Shown here: piece after piece, positions 25,927 through 34,392 of the stretch
How positions within the stretch are numbered: the first letter of the stretch is position 1
Layout of the letters: every line of letters begins with the position of its first letter
Origin: Burkholderiales bacterium
Lineage (GTDB): Bacteria > Pseudomonadota > Gammaproteobacteria > Burkholderiales > SG8-39
Assembly: GCA_035454645.1 (NCBI GenBank)
Contig: DATIGR010000017.1
Location: 1 to 34,392 of the forward strand
Direction of reading: 5' to 3'
DNA length: 34,392 nucleotides
Translations under genes and position numbers: made by a program
The notes under the pieces: model-generated
What the model saw: the letters and a program-made list of their open reading frames with translations, nothing else
Databases searched by the model: none
Told to the model about the DNA's origin: nothing

Positions 25927-27107
25927 TGCTCCTCCCTCTCCACCATGGAAAACCGTTCGTCGGCCGCAAGGCACGGCGCCTCGGGCAGGCCGCGCTCCCT
26001 GCGCACGATATTCGTGCCGCGCACGATCGACACCATCTTGTAGAAGGCGTGGCGCCGGCTCATGCCTTCGCGCCCCATGCCGCAGTCGGAGGCGAGGATC
26101 AGGCGCTCGGGCGGTATGTGCTGCAGGGCCTTGCGCACCAGCCCGGCGACCTGGTCGGGCGTCTCCACCTGCAGCGTGTGGTGGTCGACCACGCCGATGC
26201 ACACCTTCTGTTCCCGGATCGTCCGGCCGATCGCCTCGAGGTCGGCGCCGGCAGAGCTGCAAGTCTCGAACGTGATCGCGTCGGCGTCGATGCGCGACAG
26301 CGGCTCGAGCGCCGGCGCATAGCTCGGCGTCTGCGGGAACAGGCGCTGCGCCGCGGGATTTCCCCAGCAGGTGTGGCACCACACCTCGGTCTTGCTGCGC
26401 AGCCCGCGCACCGTGTTGTTGAACACCTCCACCATGAAATCCGGGTTCAGCACCTTGTCGACCAGGCCCTTCGCCGCGAGGAGATGGATCTGCGGCTCCT
26501 CCATCTGGATCACCTTGCAGCCCGCGTCGGCGAGCTCGTGCAGCTCCTCGTTGAGCGCGTCGCTGACCGCGAGGATCGCCTTCCTCAGGTCCTTGTAGTG
26601 CAGGTCGCGCACCGCCATCGCGATGAGCTCGGGCATGATGGTGCCGAACTTGACCGGCTTCGCCGTCTGGCGCTGCGCCGCTTTCCAGATCGCGCTGTAC
26701 TGCAGCCGGCCGCGGCCGACCGGGCCCACGAGGTCGGGCATCATCCGGGTCTCGAGCACGTCGTGCAGGATGTGGCCGGGCTTGTGCGGAAAGCCCGCCT
26801 TGCCGCCGGCGCGGTAGAAGCTCGCGCCGTCGAAGCCGCTCATGCGCAGCGGCGCGTAGGAAAACCAGTTGTGCCCGGCGACGTCGGCGTCGAAGCGGCA
26901 GTCGCCGTCGGTCACGATGTCGAGGCCGGCGACCTCCTGGTCACGCAGGTACGTCGAGACCGCGTCGAGGTACTGCTCGCGGTAGCTGCGCTCGACCATC
27001 GCCTCGCGGAAATCGCGCCGGCCGAGGTTCTGCGTGTACCAGCCCGGGCGCGGCAGCGAGCCGATGATGGTCGTCGGCAGCACGACGCCCGCGGTTGCCT
27101 TGTACAT
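25923..27107 (-). CDS. Single-barrel MetE-like (cobalamin-independent methionine synthase catalytic-domain family) Zn-dependent alkyltransferase
   Basis: 394-aa ORF with an ATG preceded by GGAGGAGGAGGGGG. It starts LPTTIIGSLPRPGWY (as the MetE C-terminal domain does). All four Zn-ligand positions are present: H245 and C247 (WCHTCWGN), E281 (ITFETCSS) and C342 (ASDCGMG). It has no N-terminal MetE barrel. Confidence 0.8.
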   Translation of the reverse strand: MYKATAGVVLPTTIIGSLPRPGWYTQNLGRRDFREAMVERSYREQYLDAVSTYLRDQEVAGLDIVTDGDCRFDADVAGHNWFSYAPLRMSGFDGASFYRAGGKAGFPHKPGHILHDVLETRMMPDLVGPVGRGRLQYSAIWKAAQRQTAKPVKFGTIMPELIAMAVRDLHYKDLRKAILAVSDALNEELHELADAGCKVIQMEEPQIHLLAAKGLVDKVLNPDFMVEVFNNTVRGLRSKTEVWCHTCWGNPAAQRLFPQTPSYAPALEPLSRIDADAITFETCSSAGADLEAIGRTIREQKVCIGVVDHHTLQVETPDQVAGLVRKALQHIPPERLILASDCGMGREGMSRRHAFYKMVSIVRGTNIVRRERGLPEAPCLAADERFSMVEREEQ

Positions 27108-27173
27108 CCCCCTCCTCCTCCGTCCGGATGCTACCCCAAGTCGCTGCTAGGGGAAGCGTCCCACGAGGCGGGA

Positions 27174-27464
27174 TCAGCCGCCGGTTCGTGACCGGGCGAT
27201 AAAGGCCCGCGCCCGATCGACCTTGTCGATGCAGTTGGGGTATTTGCCGAACTCGAACTGCACCTTTGCCGCCGTGAGCAAACCCGCTGCCTTCGAGTGC
27301 TCGACGGTGCCGCCGAAGCCCTTGGCCCTGGCGAAGTCGAGCTCCTTGTAGGCGACGCTCAGGCCGCTCTCGCACTGCCTCGCCAGGGAGCTGTTCGGAT
27401 TGCCGGCGCAGCCCGCAGCGACGGCGAGAGAGCAAATCATCAGGGCGGCGAGCGGTAATCTCAT
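27174..27464 (-). CDS. Small putative lipoprotein of unknown function
   Basis: 96-aa ORF with an ATG at 27464. It has a signal peptide with a lipobox-like LAVAAGC. The mature ~77 aa are predicted helical and contain two Cys (QC...NC). It is co-directional inside the operon. Confidence 0.55.
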   Translation of the reverse strand: MRLPLAALMICSLAVAAGCAGNPNSSLARQCESGLSVAYKELDFARAKGFGGTVEHSKAAGLLTAAKVQFEFGKYPNCIDKVDRARAFIARSRTGG

Positions 27465-27511
27465 GGCATCACGCCGATCGACTGTACGCGAGGAAACCGG
27501 CGCCAGGGTAG

Positions 27512-27540
27512 GGAAACCTGCACGCGCGGGCAGGATTTCC
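27512..27540 (-). other. Imperfect stem-loop just downstream of the dehydrogenase gene
   Basis: ggaaacctgc (27512-27521) pairs with gcaggatttcc (27530-27540), giving 10 bp with one bulged A and an 8-nt loop. No U-tract follows, so it may be a processing or stabiliser element or a weak attenuator. Confidence 0.3.
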
Positions 27541-27545
27541 AGCCC

Positions 27546-28469
27546 TCAGGCGGAGAGCCCGTCGCCGACCGGCACGTTCTCCGGCTCGAGCTCGATGCCG
27601 GAGGCCTTCGCCTGCATGAGGAGCAGCGTGGAGAAATCCTGCTCGGTCATGCCCTGCCCGATCATCTGCTGCAGCAGGTCCCGGGTGAGCGAGGTCAGCG
27701 GCATCGGCACCTCGAGACTGCGCCCCGCATCGAGCCCCAGATCGAGGTCCTTGCGCAGCAGCTTCGGCGTAAAGGTGACGTGGAAGTCGAGGTTCACCAG
27801 CGCCGGGGTCTTGTAGCGCGTGAACATCGAGCCCATCACGCTCTTGTTCAGGAAGTCGAGGAACGCGTGGCGCGGCATGCCCGCCTTCTGCGCGAGGATG
27901 GTGACCTCGCACAGGTTCTGGATCACCACGCCGAGCATCACGTTGTGGCAGATCTTCGCGATGCGCGCGAGCTCGCCCTCGCCGACGTAGCTCGAGCCCG
28001 TGCCCATCATGTCGAGGTAGGGCTTCGCGGCCTCGTAGGCCGCCTTCGGCCCCGAGACCACGAACGTCAGCTTTCCCGCCTTGATGACCTTCGCGTTTCC
28101 GCTCACGGGGGCCGCGAGGTATTGCGTCTTTTCCCGGGACAGCATCTCGCGCAGCTCTGCGGAGCCTTCCTGCGAGATCGACGAGCACTCGACCAGCGTC
28201 TTCGGCCTGCGAGTTCCGGAGAAGAGCTTGCCGACAACTTCCTTCACGTCCTCCCACGTCGACACCATGACGAACACGATGTCTTTCGATGAAAGATCGG
28301 TGATGTCCTGCACTACTTTCGCGCCGTACTGCGCCAGCGGATCGGCCTTGGCCTTCGTGCGGTTCCACACCGCGAGGTCGCAGCCGCGCTTCGCCAGGCG
28401 CTCGGCCATGGCGTAGCCCATGCGGCCGGTGCCGATCCAGCCCAGCTCGAGCTCAGTAGGGGTTGGCAA
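27546..28469 (-). CDS. NAD(P)-dependent beta-hydroxyacid dehydrogenase (3-hydroxyisobutyrate/tartronate-semialdehyde reductase family)
   Basis: 307-aa ORF. The start codon is TTG (caa 28467-28469), preceded by GAGGAG 7 nt upstream and lying 17 nt inside the upstream gene. It has the Rossmann motif LGWIGTGRMGYAMA, then LAAPVSGN...KLTFVVSG and the catalytic-Lys block GEGELARIAKICHNVM. Confidence 0.85.
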   Translation of the reverse strand: MPTPTELELGWIGTGRMGYAMAERLAKRGCDLAVWNRTKAKADPLAQYGAKVVQDITDLSSKDIVFVMVSTWEDVKEVVGKLFSGTRRPKTLVECSSISQEGSAELREMLSREKTQYLAAPVSGNAKVIKAGKLTFVVSGPKAAYEAAKPYLDMMGTGSSYVGEGELARIAKICHNVMLGVVIQNLCEVTILAQKAGMPRHAFLDFLNKSVMGSMFTRYKTPALVNLDFHVTFTPKLLRKDLDLGLDAGRSLEVPMPLTSLTRDLLQQMIGQGMTEQDFSTLLLMQAKASGIELEPENVPVGDGLSA

Positions 28470-29760
28470 TCGGCAGCTCCTCGGCGGGGTACAGCGTGAT
28501 GATCTTCGCGCCTTTCGGCGTGAGGATGACTTCCTCCTCGATGCGCGCGGCCGAGACGCCGTCGGTCGCGGGACAGTAGGTCTCGACGGCGAACACCATG
28601 CCGGCCTTGAGCTCGATCGGTTCCCGCAGAGACGTCAGGCGGGAAATGAGCGGGCGCTCGTGCAGCCCGAGCCCCAGCCCGTGGCAGAAGTTGAGGCCGA
28701 ACGCGTCCATCTCGCCCGCGAAGCCGATCTCCTTCGCCTCGGGCAGCGCGAGCGCGATCTTGTCGCTCGTCATGCCGGGCTTGAGCAGCTCGATCGCCCG
28801 GTCCATCCACTCGCGCGCCTTCTTGTAGGCGGTGCGCTGCGCGGGCGTGGCGCGGCCGACGTTGAAGGTGCGGTAGTAGCAGGTGCGGTAGCCCATGAAC
28901 GACTGGATGATGTCGAAGAACGCCTGGTCGCCCGGGCGGATCAGGCGGTCGGTGAAGTTGTGCGGGTGCGGGCTGCAGCGCTCGCCCGAGATCGAGTTGA
29001 TCGCCTCGACGCAGTCGGAGCCCATCTCGTAGAGCCGCTTGGTGGCGAGCGCCACGATCTGCGACTCCTGCACTCCGGGCTTCAACGCCTCCGCGATGTC
29101 CTGGTACACGCCGTCGACCATCGCCGCGGCCATGTTGAGCAGCGTGAGCTCGTCGATGTTCTTCACCTCGCGCGCCTGCAGCATCACCTGCTGGCCGTCG
29201 CGCACGTCGATGCCCGCCTTCTGCAGCGCGAACAGCATCGGCGGCTCGACCACATCCACTCCCACCGGCAGGTCGGCGACGCCTTCCTCTTCGAGGATCG
29301 CCTTGATCTCCTTGGCGGCATCCTTGAACAGGGTCAGGTCGGCGCCGGTGGCGCCGCGCATGCCGAGGAGCCCGGCGCGGCAGTGGTCCTCGCGCAGCCA
29401 GGGCGCGTAGAGCTTGTGGTGGCGCGCCGCGCTGCCGAAATCCCAGATGTAGGGCTCGCCGTTACCCGTCAGGAGCGAGTAGCGCGTGAGCTTGTCGCGC
29501 GCCCACTCGCCGATCACCGTGCTCGTGGTGTAGCGGATGTTGTGCTGGTCGAACGAGAGCAGCGCGCCGAGCCCGGAATGCGCGAGCGCCGCGCGCACCC
29601 GCGCCAGGCGGTAGTCGTGCAGCCGGCGGAAGTCGACGCGCTCCTCGAAGTCGACCTGCGTGCGCCCCGGCGCCTGCAGCGGCCGGTCCCAGCGGTGCCG
29701 CGGATCGATCTCGTCCGGGAGGACGTGCGTCGCTCGCTGGTTTTTCTTCCCTTTGGTCAT
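28453..29760 (-). CDS. M24-family (pita-bread fold) hydrolase, creatinase/DddP/ectoine-hydrolase-like subgroup
   Basis: 435-aa ORF with an ATG preceded by GAGGAGG. It has a creatinase_N-like N-domain (ALLSFDQHNIRYTTST). The C-domain blocks are GDQAFFDIIQSFMGYRTCYYRTF, FCHGLGLGLHERP, GMVFAVETY and ARIEEEVILT. Confidence 0.85.
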   Translation of the reverse strand: MTKGKKNQRATHVLPDEIDPRHRWDRPLQAPGRTQVDFEERVDFRRLHDYRLARVRAALAHSGLGALLSFDQHNIRYTTSTVIGEWARDKLTRYSLLTGNGEPYIWDFGSAARHHKLYAPWLREDHCRAGLLGMRGATGADLTLFKDAAKEIKAILEEEGVADLPVGVDVVEPPMLFALQKAGIDVRDGQQVMLQAREVKNIDELTLLNMAAAMVDGVYQDIAEALKPGVQESQIVALATKRLYEMGSDCVEAINSISGERCSPHPHNFTDRLIRPGDQAFFDIIQSFMGYRTCYYRTFNVGRATPAQRTAYKKAREWMDRAIELLKPGMTSDKIALALPEAKEIGFAGEMDAFGLNFCHGLGLGLHERPLISRLTSLREPIELKAGMVFAVETYCPATDGVSAARIEEEVILTPKGAKIITLYPAEELPIANPY

Positions 29761-29803
29761 CCTGCCTCCTCGCGCGCTCGATTCTAGCCCCTAAAATTCG
29801 CGC

Positions 29804-30817
29804 ATGCGTGAAACCGTGGTGCCGCGTGCGCGGCTGGAAACATTCACCGCCGAGTGCCTCGAGAAGCTCGGCCTGCAATCCGCCGACGCGCGGCTCGTCG
29901 CGCAAACGCTGGTCGCCGCGAACCTGCGCGGGGTCGACAGCCACGGCGTGGTTCGCCTTCCGCATTACGCGGCGCGGCTGCGGAACGGCTCGGTCAAGGC
30001 GCGCCCCAGCATGACCGTCAAGCGCAGCGCGCCTTCGGCTGCGATCGTCGAAGGCGATGCCGGCATGGGACAGCTGGTCGCGGTGCGCGCCATGAACGAA
30101 GCAATCAAATTGTCCCGAGAGACCGGCGTCGGAGCGGTCGTCGCCCGCAACAGCTCGCACTGCGGCGCCTGCGCCTGGTTCGTCGAGATGGCGGTGCGCG
30201 AAGGCATGATCGGCGTCGCGCTCACGCACACCGACTCGATCATGGTGCCGCCCGGAATGAAGCGCATCTTCCTCGGCTCCAACCCGATCGCGTTCGGCGC
30301 CCCCGGCGAGCGCGAGCCGGTGATCATCGATCTGTCCACCACGCATGTCGCCTGGGGAAAGATCCTGGTCGCGCGCCAGGAAGGAAAGCCGATCCCGTCC
30401 GACTGGGGCGTGGACCGGGACGGAAGGCCGACCACCGACCCGCACGCCGTCGTCGGCCTCGCGCCCACCGGCAGCCACAAGGGCTACGCGCTCGCCGCGA
30501 TGGTCGAGATCCTGTGCGCGCAGCTCGCCGGCGTGCCCTTCGGCCGCCACGTGACGAAGATGTACGGCGAGCTCGAAAGACCGCGCAACCTCGGCCATTT
30601 CATGCTCGCGCTGGACGTCGCGCGCTTTTCGGACAAGAAGTTTTTTCTTTCACAGATCGAGGCCTTCGTGAGCGAAATCCACGCCGAAGGCGCCCTTGCG
30701 CCCGGCGACCCCGAGCGCCGCAGCGCCGAGCGGCGCGCGCGCGAAGGCATTCCACTGGGTTCCACCGCGGAAGAACTGAACAAGCTCGCCGAGGAGCTTG
30801 GGGTCGCGAAGCTTTGA
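29804..30817 (+). CDS. Ldh_2-family (malate/L-lactate/ureidoglycolate-type) NAD(P)H-dependent oxidoreductase, paralogue 1
   Basis: 337-aa ORF with LVAANLRGVDSHGVVRLPHY, ARNSSHCGA, LGSNPIAFGAPG, DLSTTHVAWGK and GSHKGYALA. Confidence 0.85.
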   Translation: MRETVVPRARLETFTAECLEKLGLQSADARLVAQTLVAANLRGVDSHGVVRLPHYAARLRNGSVKARPSMTVKRSAPSAAIVEGDAGMGQLVAVRAMNEAIKLSRETGVGAVVARNSSHCGACAWFVEMAVREGMIGVALTHTDSIMVPPGMKRIFLGSNPIAFGAPGEREPVIIDLSTTHVAWGKILVARQEGKPIPSDWGVDRDGRPTTDPHAVVGLAPTGSHKGYALAAMVEILCAQLAGVPFGRHVTKMYGELERPRNLGHFMLALDVARFSDKKFFLSQIEAFVSEIHAEGALAPGDPERRSAERRAREGIPLGSTAEELNKLAEELGVAKL

Positions 30818-31410
30818 ACCTGGTGTTCGACCTCGGCGGCGTGGTGGTGCGCTGGGATCCCGACGCGATCCTCGCCGGGGTTTTTCCCGACGCGGGCATT
30901 CGCTCCAGGGTGAAGGCGGACGTGTTCAGCCACCCCGACTGGCTCGAGCTCGACCGCGGCACGCTCGGGCGCGAGGAGGCGATCGAGCGCGCGGCGCGGC
31001 GCACCGGCGTGGCGCTCGACGAGCTGCGCCGGCTGGTGCACGCGGTGCCGCCTTCGCTCACCGTGTTTCCCGACACCGTGGAGCTGCTGTACCGGTTGAA
31101 GCGCGAGGGCTACCCGCTGTACTGCCTGTCGAACATGCACTTCGCCTCGATCGAGTACCTGGAGCGCGAGCACACGTTCTGGGAGGTGTTCGACGGGCGG
31201 GTCATTTCCTGCCGGCTGAAGCTGTGCAAGCCCGAACGCGCCATCTACGAGCATCTGCTGCAGACCTACGCGCTGGAGGCCCGGGAAACCGTCTTCATCG
31301 ATGACGTCCAGAAAAACCTGGACGCCGCCGCCGAGCTCGGGATCAGGACGCTGCGCTTCGAGAACGCGGCGCAGTGCGAGCGCGGGCTGCGCGCGCTCGG
31401 GCTGCTCTAG
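30814..31410 (+). CDS. HAD-superfamily hydrolase, subfamily IA (YihX-like phosphatase)
   Basis: A TTG at 30814 overlaps the upstream stop (TTTGA) and gives MNLVFDLGGVVVRWD (motif I). Motif II is YCLSNM, motif III is CKPE and motif IV is VFIDDVQKN. Length is 198 aa. The track ORF (518 aa from 29854) is an out-of-frame read-through of the upstream gene. Confidence 0.8.
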   Translation: MNLVFDLGGVVVRWDPDAILAGVFPDAGIRSRVKADVFSHPDWLELDRGTLGREEAIERAARRTGVALDELRRLVHAVPPSLTVFPDTVELLYRLKREGYPLYCLSNMHFASIEYLEREHTFWEVFDGRVISCRLKLCKPERAIYEHLLQTYALEARETVFIDDVQKNLDAAAELGIRTLRFENAAQCERGLRALGLL

Positions 31411-32480
31411 CCGCCGCGCGCCAGCGCGTCGAGCTTCTGCACGCTCAGCTTGAGCTTCTCCGCCGCGGCGCGGATCTCGTTCCAGGTTTCGTCGTCCACC
31501 GGGATGCCTTCGCGCTCCCGCTTCGCCCGGTACTCGCGCTCGGGCTCGCCGGCGATGCGCACGCGGTCGTGTCCCGGCGCCGTGCGCGAAGAACGCAGCC
31601 AGGCGAGAAAGCTTTTCGAATCTTTCATGAAATGTTCCTGAGTCTTCAAGCGCGCCGGGTCGATGACGATCGACAACATGCCGTTCAGCACGCGCCGGCG
31701 GGTCTTGTTGTCGTGGTCGGTGACGCCGCCGCCGGTGAGCGCGCCGCCGAGGAGCTCGCACGCCACCGCGAGGCCGTAACCCTTGTGCTCCCCGAAGCAG
31801 GCCATCGCGCCGAGCGGCGCGACCACGCCCCAGCGCGGGTCGTCGGTCGGGTTGCCCTGGTCGTCGATCAGCCATCCGAGCGGGATCTTCGCGCGCTTGT
31901 TGTGCGCGACGCGCAGCTTGCCCTGCGCCACCGCGCTCGTCGCCATGTCGAGCATGAACGGCGGCTCGCCGGGCAGCGGAATGCCGATGCACACCGGGTT
32001 GGTGCCGAAGCGCCGATCGGCGCCCGCGAACGGCGCGACGCGCGCGAACGACTGCACGTTGACGAAGTGGATCGACACCAGCCCTTCGGCGACCGCGATC
32101 TCGGCCCAGTGGCCGATGCGCCCGAGGTGGTGCGAGTTGCCGAGCGCCACGATCGCCACGCCGTGCCGGCGCGCCCTGTCGATCGCGAGGCGCATCGCCT
32201 GCAGGCCGATCGACTGGCCGTAGCCCGCGCCGCCGTCGAGCGCGAGCAGGGCGCCGGCGTCGAGCTTCACCTCCACCTCGCGGTTGGGATGCAGGCCGCC
32301 TTCGAGCAGCGCCTCGACGTAGCGCGGCATCATGCCGATGCCGTGCGAGTCGTGCCCGGTCAGGTTGGCGAGCACCAGGTTGTCGGCCACGAGCTTCGCC
32401 TCGTGGGCGAGGCTGCCGCCGGCGCGGGCGATCGCCGCGATCGCGTTCTCGAGATTTTCCTTGCGGAACACAAGACCCAT
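31407..32480 (-). CDS. Ldh_2-family 2-oxo/hydroxy-carboxylate dehydrogenase, YbiC(HcxB)-like, paralogue 2
   Basis: 357-aa ORF with an ATG at 32480. It has AKLVADNLVLANLTGHDSHGIGMMPRYV, GNSHHLGRIGHWAE, FGTNPVCIGIP, DMATSAVAQGK and GEHKGYGLA. From memory it resembles E. coli YbiC end to end. Confidence 0.85.
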   Translation of the reverse strand: MGLVFRKENLENAIAAIARAGGSLAHEAKLVADNLVLANLTGHDSHGIGMMPRYVEALLEGGLHPNREVEVKLDAGALLALDGGAGYGQSIGLQAMRLAIDRARRHGVAIVALGNSHHLGRIGHWAEIAVAEGLVSIHFVNVQSFARVAPFAGADRRFGTNPVCIGIPLPGEPPFMLDMATSAVAQGKLRVAHNKRAKIPLGWLIDDQGNPTDDPRWGVVAPLGAMACFGEHKGYGLAVACELLGGALTGGGVTDHDNKTRRRVLNGMLSIVIDPARLKTQEHFMKDSKSFLAWLRSSRTAPGHDRVRIAGEPEREYRAKREREGIPVDDETWNEIRAAAEKLKLSVQKLDALARGG

Positions 32481-32524
32481 CGGTCGGGGCGAAGTCTACT
32501 TGATCTAGAATCCGGGCTTCCTTC

Positions 32525-34246
<1,722 letters not shown>

Positions 34247-34256
34247 GGAGGCAGGC

Positions 34257-34392
34257 ATGAAACGCGTCGCGGTCCTGATGCTCGCGCTGTTCGCAGCGTG
34301 CGCATCCGCGCAGACCTATCCCACGAAGCCGATCCGCATCGTCGTGCCGTACGCGGCCGGCGGCACTTCCGACATCCTCGCGCGCCAGATCG
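34257..34392 (+). CDS. Bug-family (TctC-like) substrate-binding protein, N-terminal 45 codons (continues past the window end)
   Basis: The ATG at 34257 is preceded by GAGGAGG. It reads MKRVAVLMLALFAACASAQTYPTKPIRIVVPYAAGGTSDILARQI, a signal peptide plus the hallmark Bug N-terminal block. It runs off the edge, so it is absent from the ORF track. Confidence 0.8.
   Translation, partial: MKRVAVLMLALFAACASAQTYPTKPIRIVVPYAAGGTSDILARQI

Noticed and set aside
27108-27173. The 66-nt gap upstream of the MetE-like gene, examined for a riboswitch, terminator or promoter.
   Set aside because: It has only 4-bp stems, no U-tract and no recognisable -35/-10 pair. The strong SD is the only clear signal.
30636-30650. 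A T-run (aagaagttttttctttca) inside Ldh_2 paralogue 1, considered as a possible frameshift site.
   Set aside because: The heptamer is not in the X XXY YYZ register of the reading frame. The protein is full-length and colinear with the family without any shift.

Overview
This is a high-GC (roughly 70% by eye) proteobacterial chromosome segment. It looks betaproteobacterial, based on the MurC, FtsL and MraY N-termini and the Bug-family receptors, but that taxon call is inference. The window is almost entirely coding. I support 34 protein genes. I see no rRNA or tRNA, no CRISPR array, no IS, integrase or phage genes, and no recognisable defence or toxin-antitoxin module.

(1) Positions 1-15180, minus strand, hold a complete division/cell-wall (dcw) cluster: mraZ-rsmH-ftsL-ftsI-murE-murF-mraY-murD-ftsW-murG-murC-murB-ddl-ftsQ-ftsA (5' part only). 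Nearly every junction is a 1-22 nt overlap, and several starts are GTG or TTG.

(2) Positions 15181-15400 are the only sizeable non-coding stretch. It is AT-rich and contains a good sigma70-like promoter for mraZ, three 10-nt-phased GTrGs boxes (a candidate MraZ operator), and a perfect 10-bp inverted repeat.

(3) Positions 15401-34392 are accessory metabolism and transport:
- A PcaIJ/ScoAB-type CoA-transferase.
- An operon of AhpD/CMD-like protein, XylB-like Zn-alcohol dehydrogenase, orphan Bug (TTT) receptor, TAXI-TRAP receptor and fused TAXI permease.
- A DoxX gene.
- A six-gene operon of M24 creatinase/DddP-like hydrolase, beta-hydroxyacid dehydrogenase, small lipoprotein, single-barrel MetE-like Zn enzyme, DctP and fused DctQM.
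- Two Ldh_2-family dehydrogenases, a YihX-like HAD phosphatase, an IlvD/Edd aldonate-type dehydratase, and a second Bug receptor (5' part only).

The supplied ORF track uses longest ORFs with ATG, GTG or TTG starts, so many listed N-termini are over-extended and I re-set them from homology and junction logic.

Nothing here looks like a dramatic new system. The best candidate for undescribed biology is the TRAP-linked M24/MetE-like operon (22973-29760). Its binding protein appears to lack the family's carboxylate-clamp arginine, and its M24 enzyme appears to carry Cys in place of one metal-binding Asp. All functional calls are motif- or recall-based and need database confirmation.
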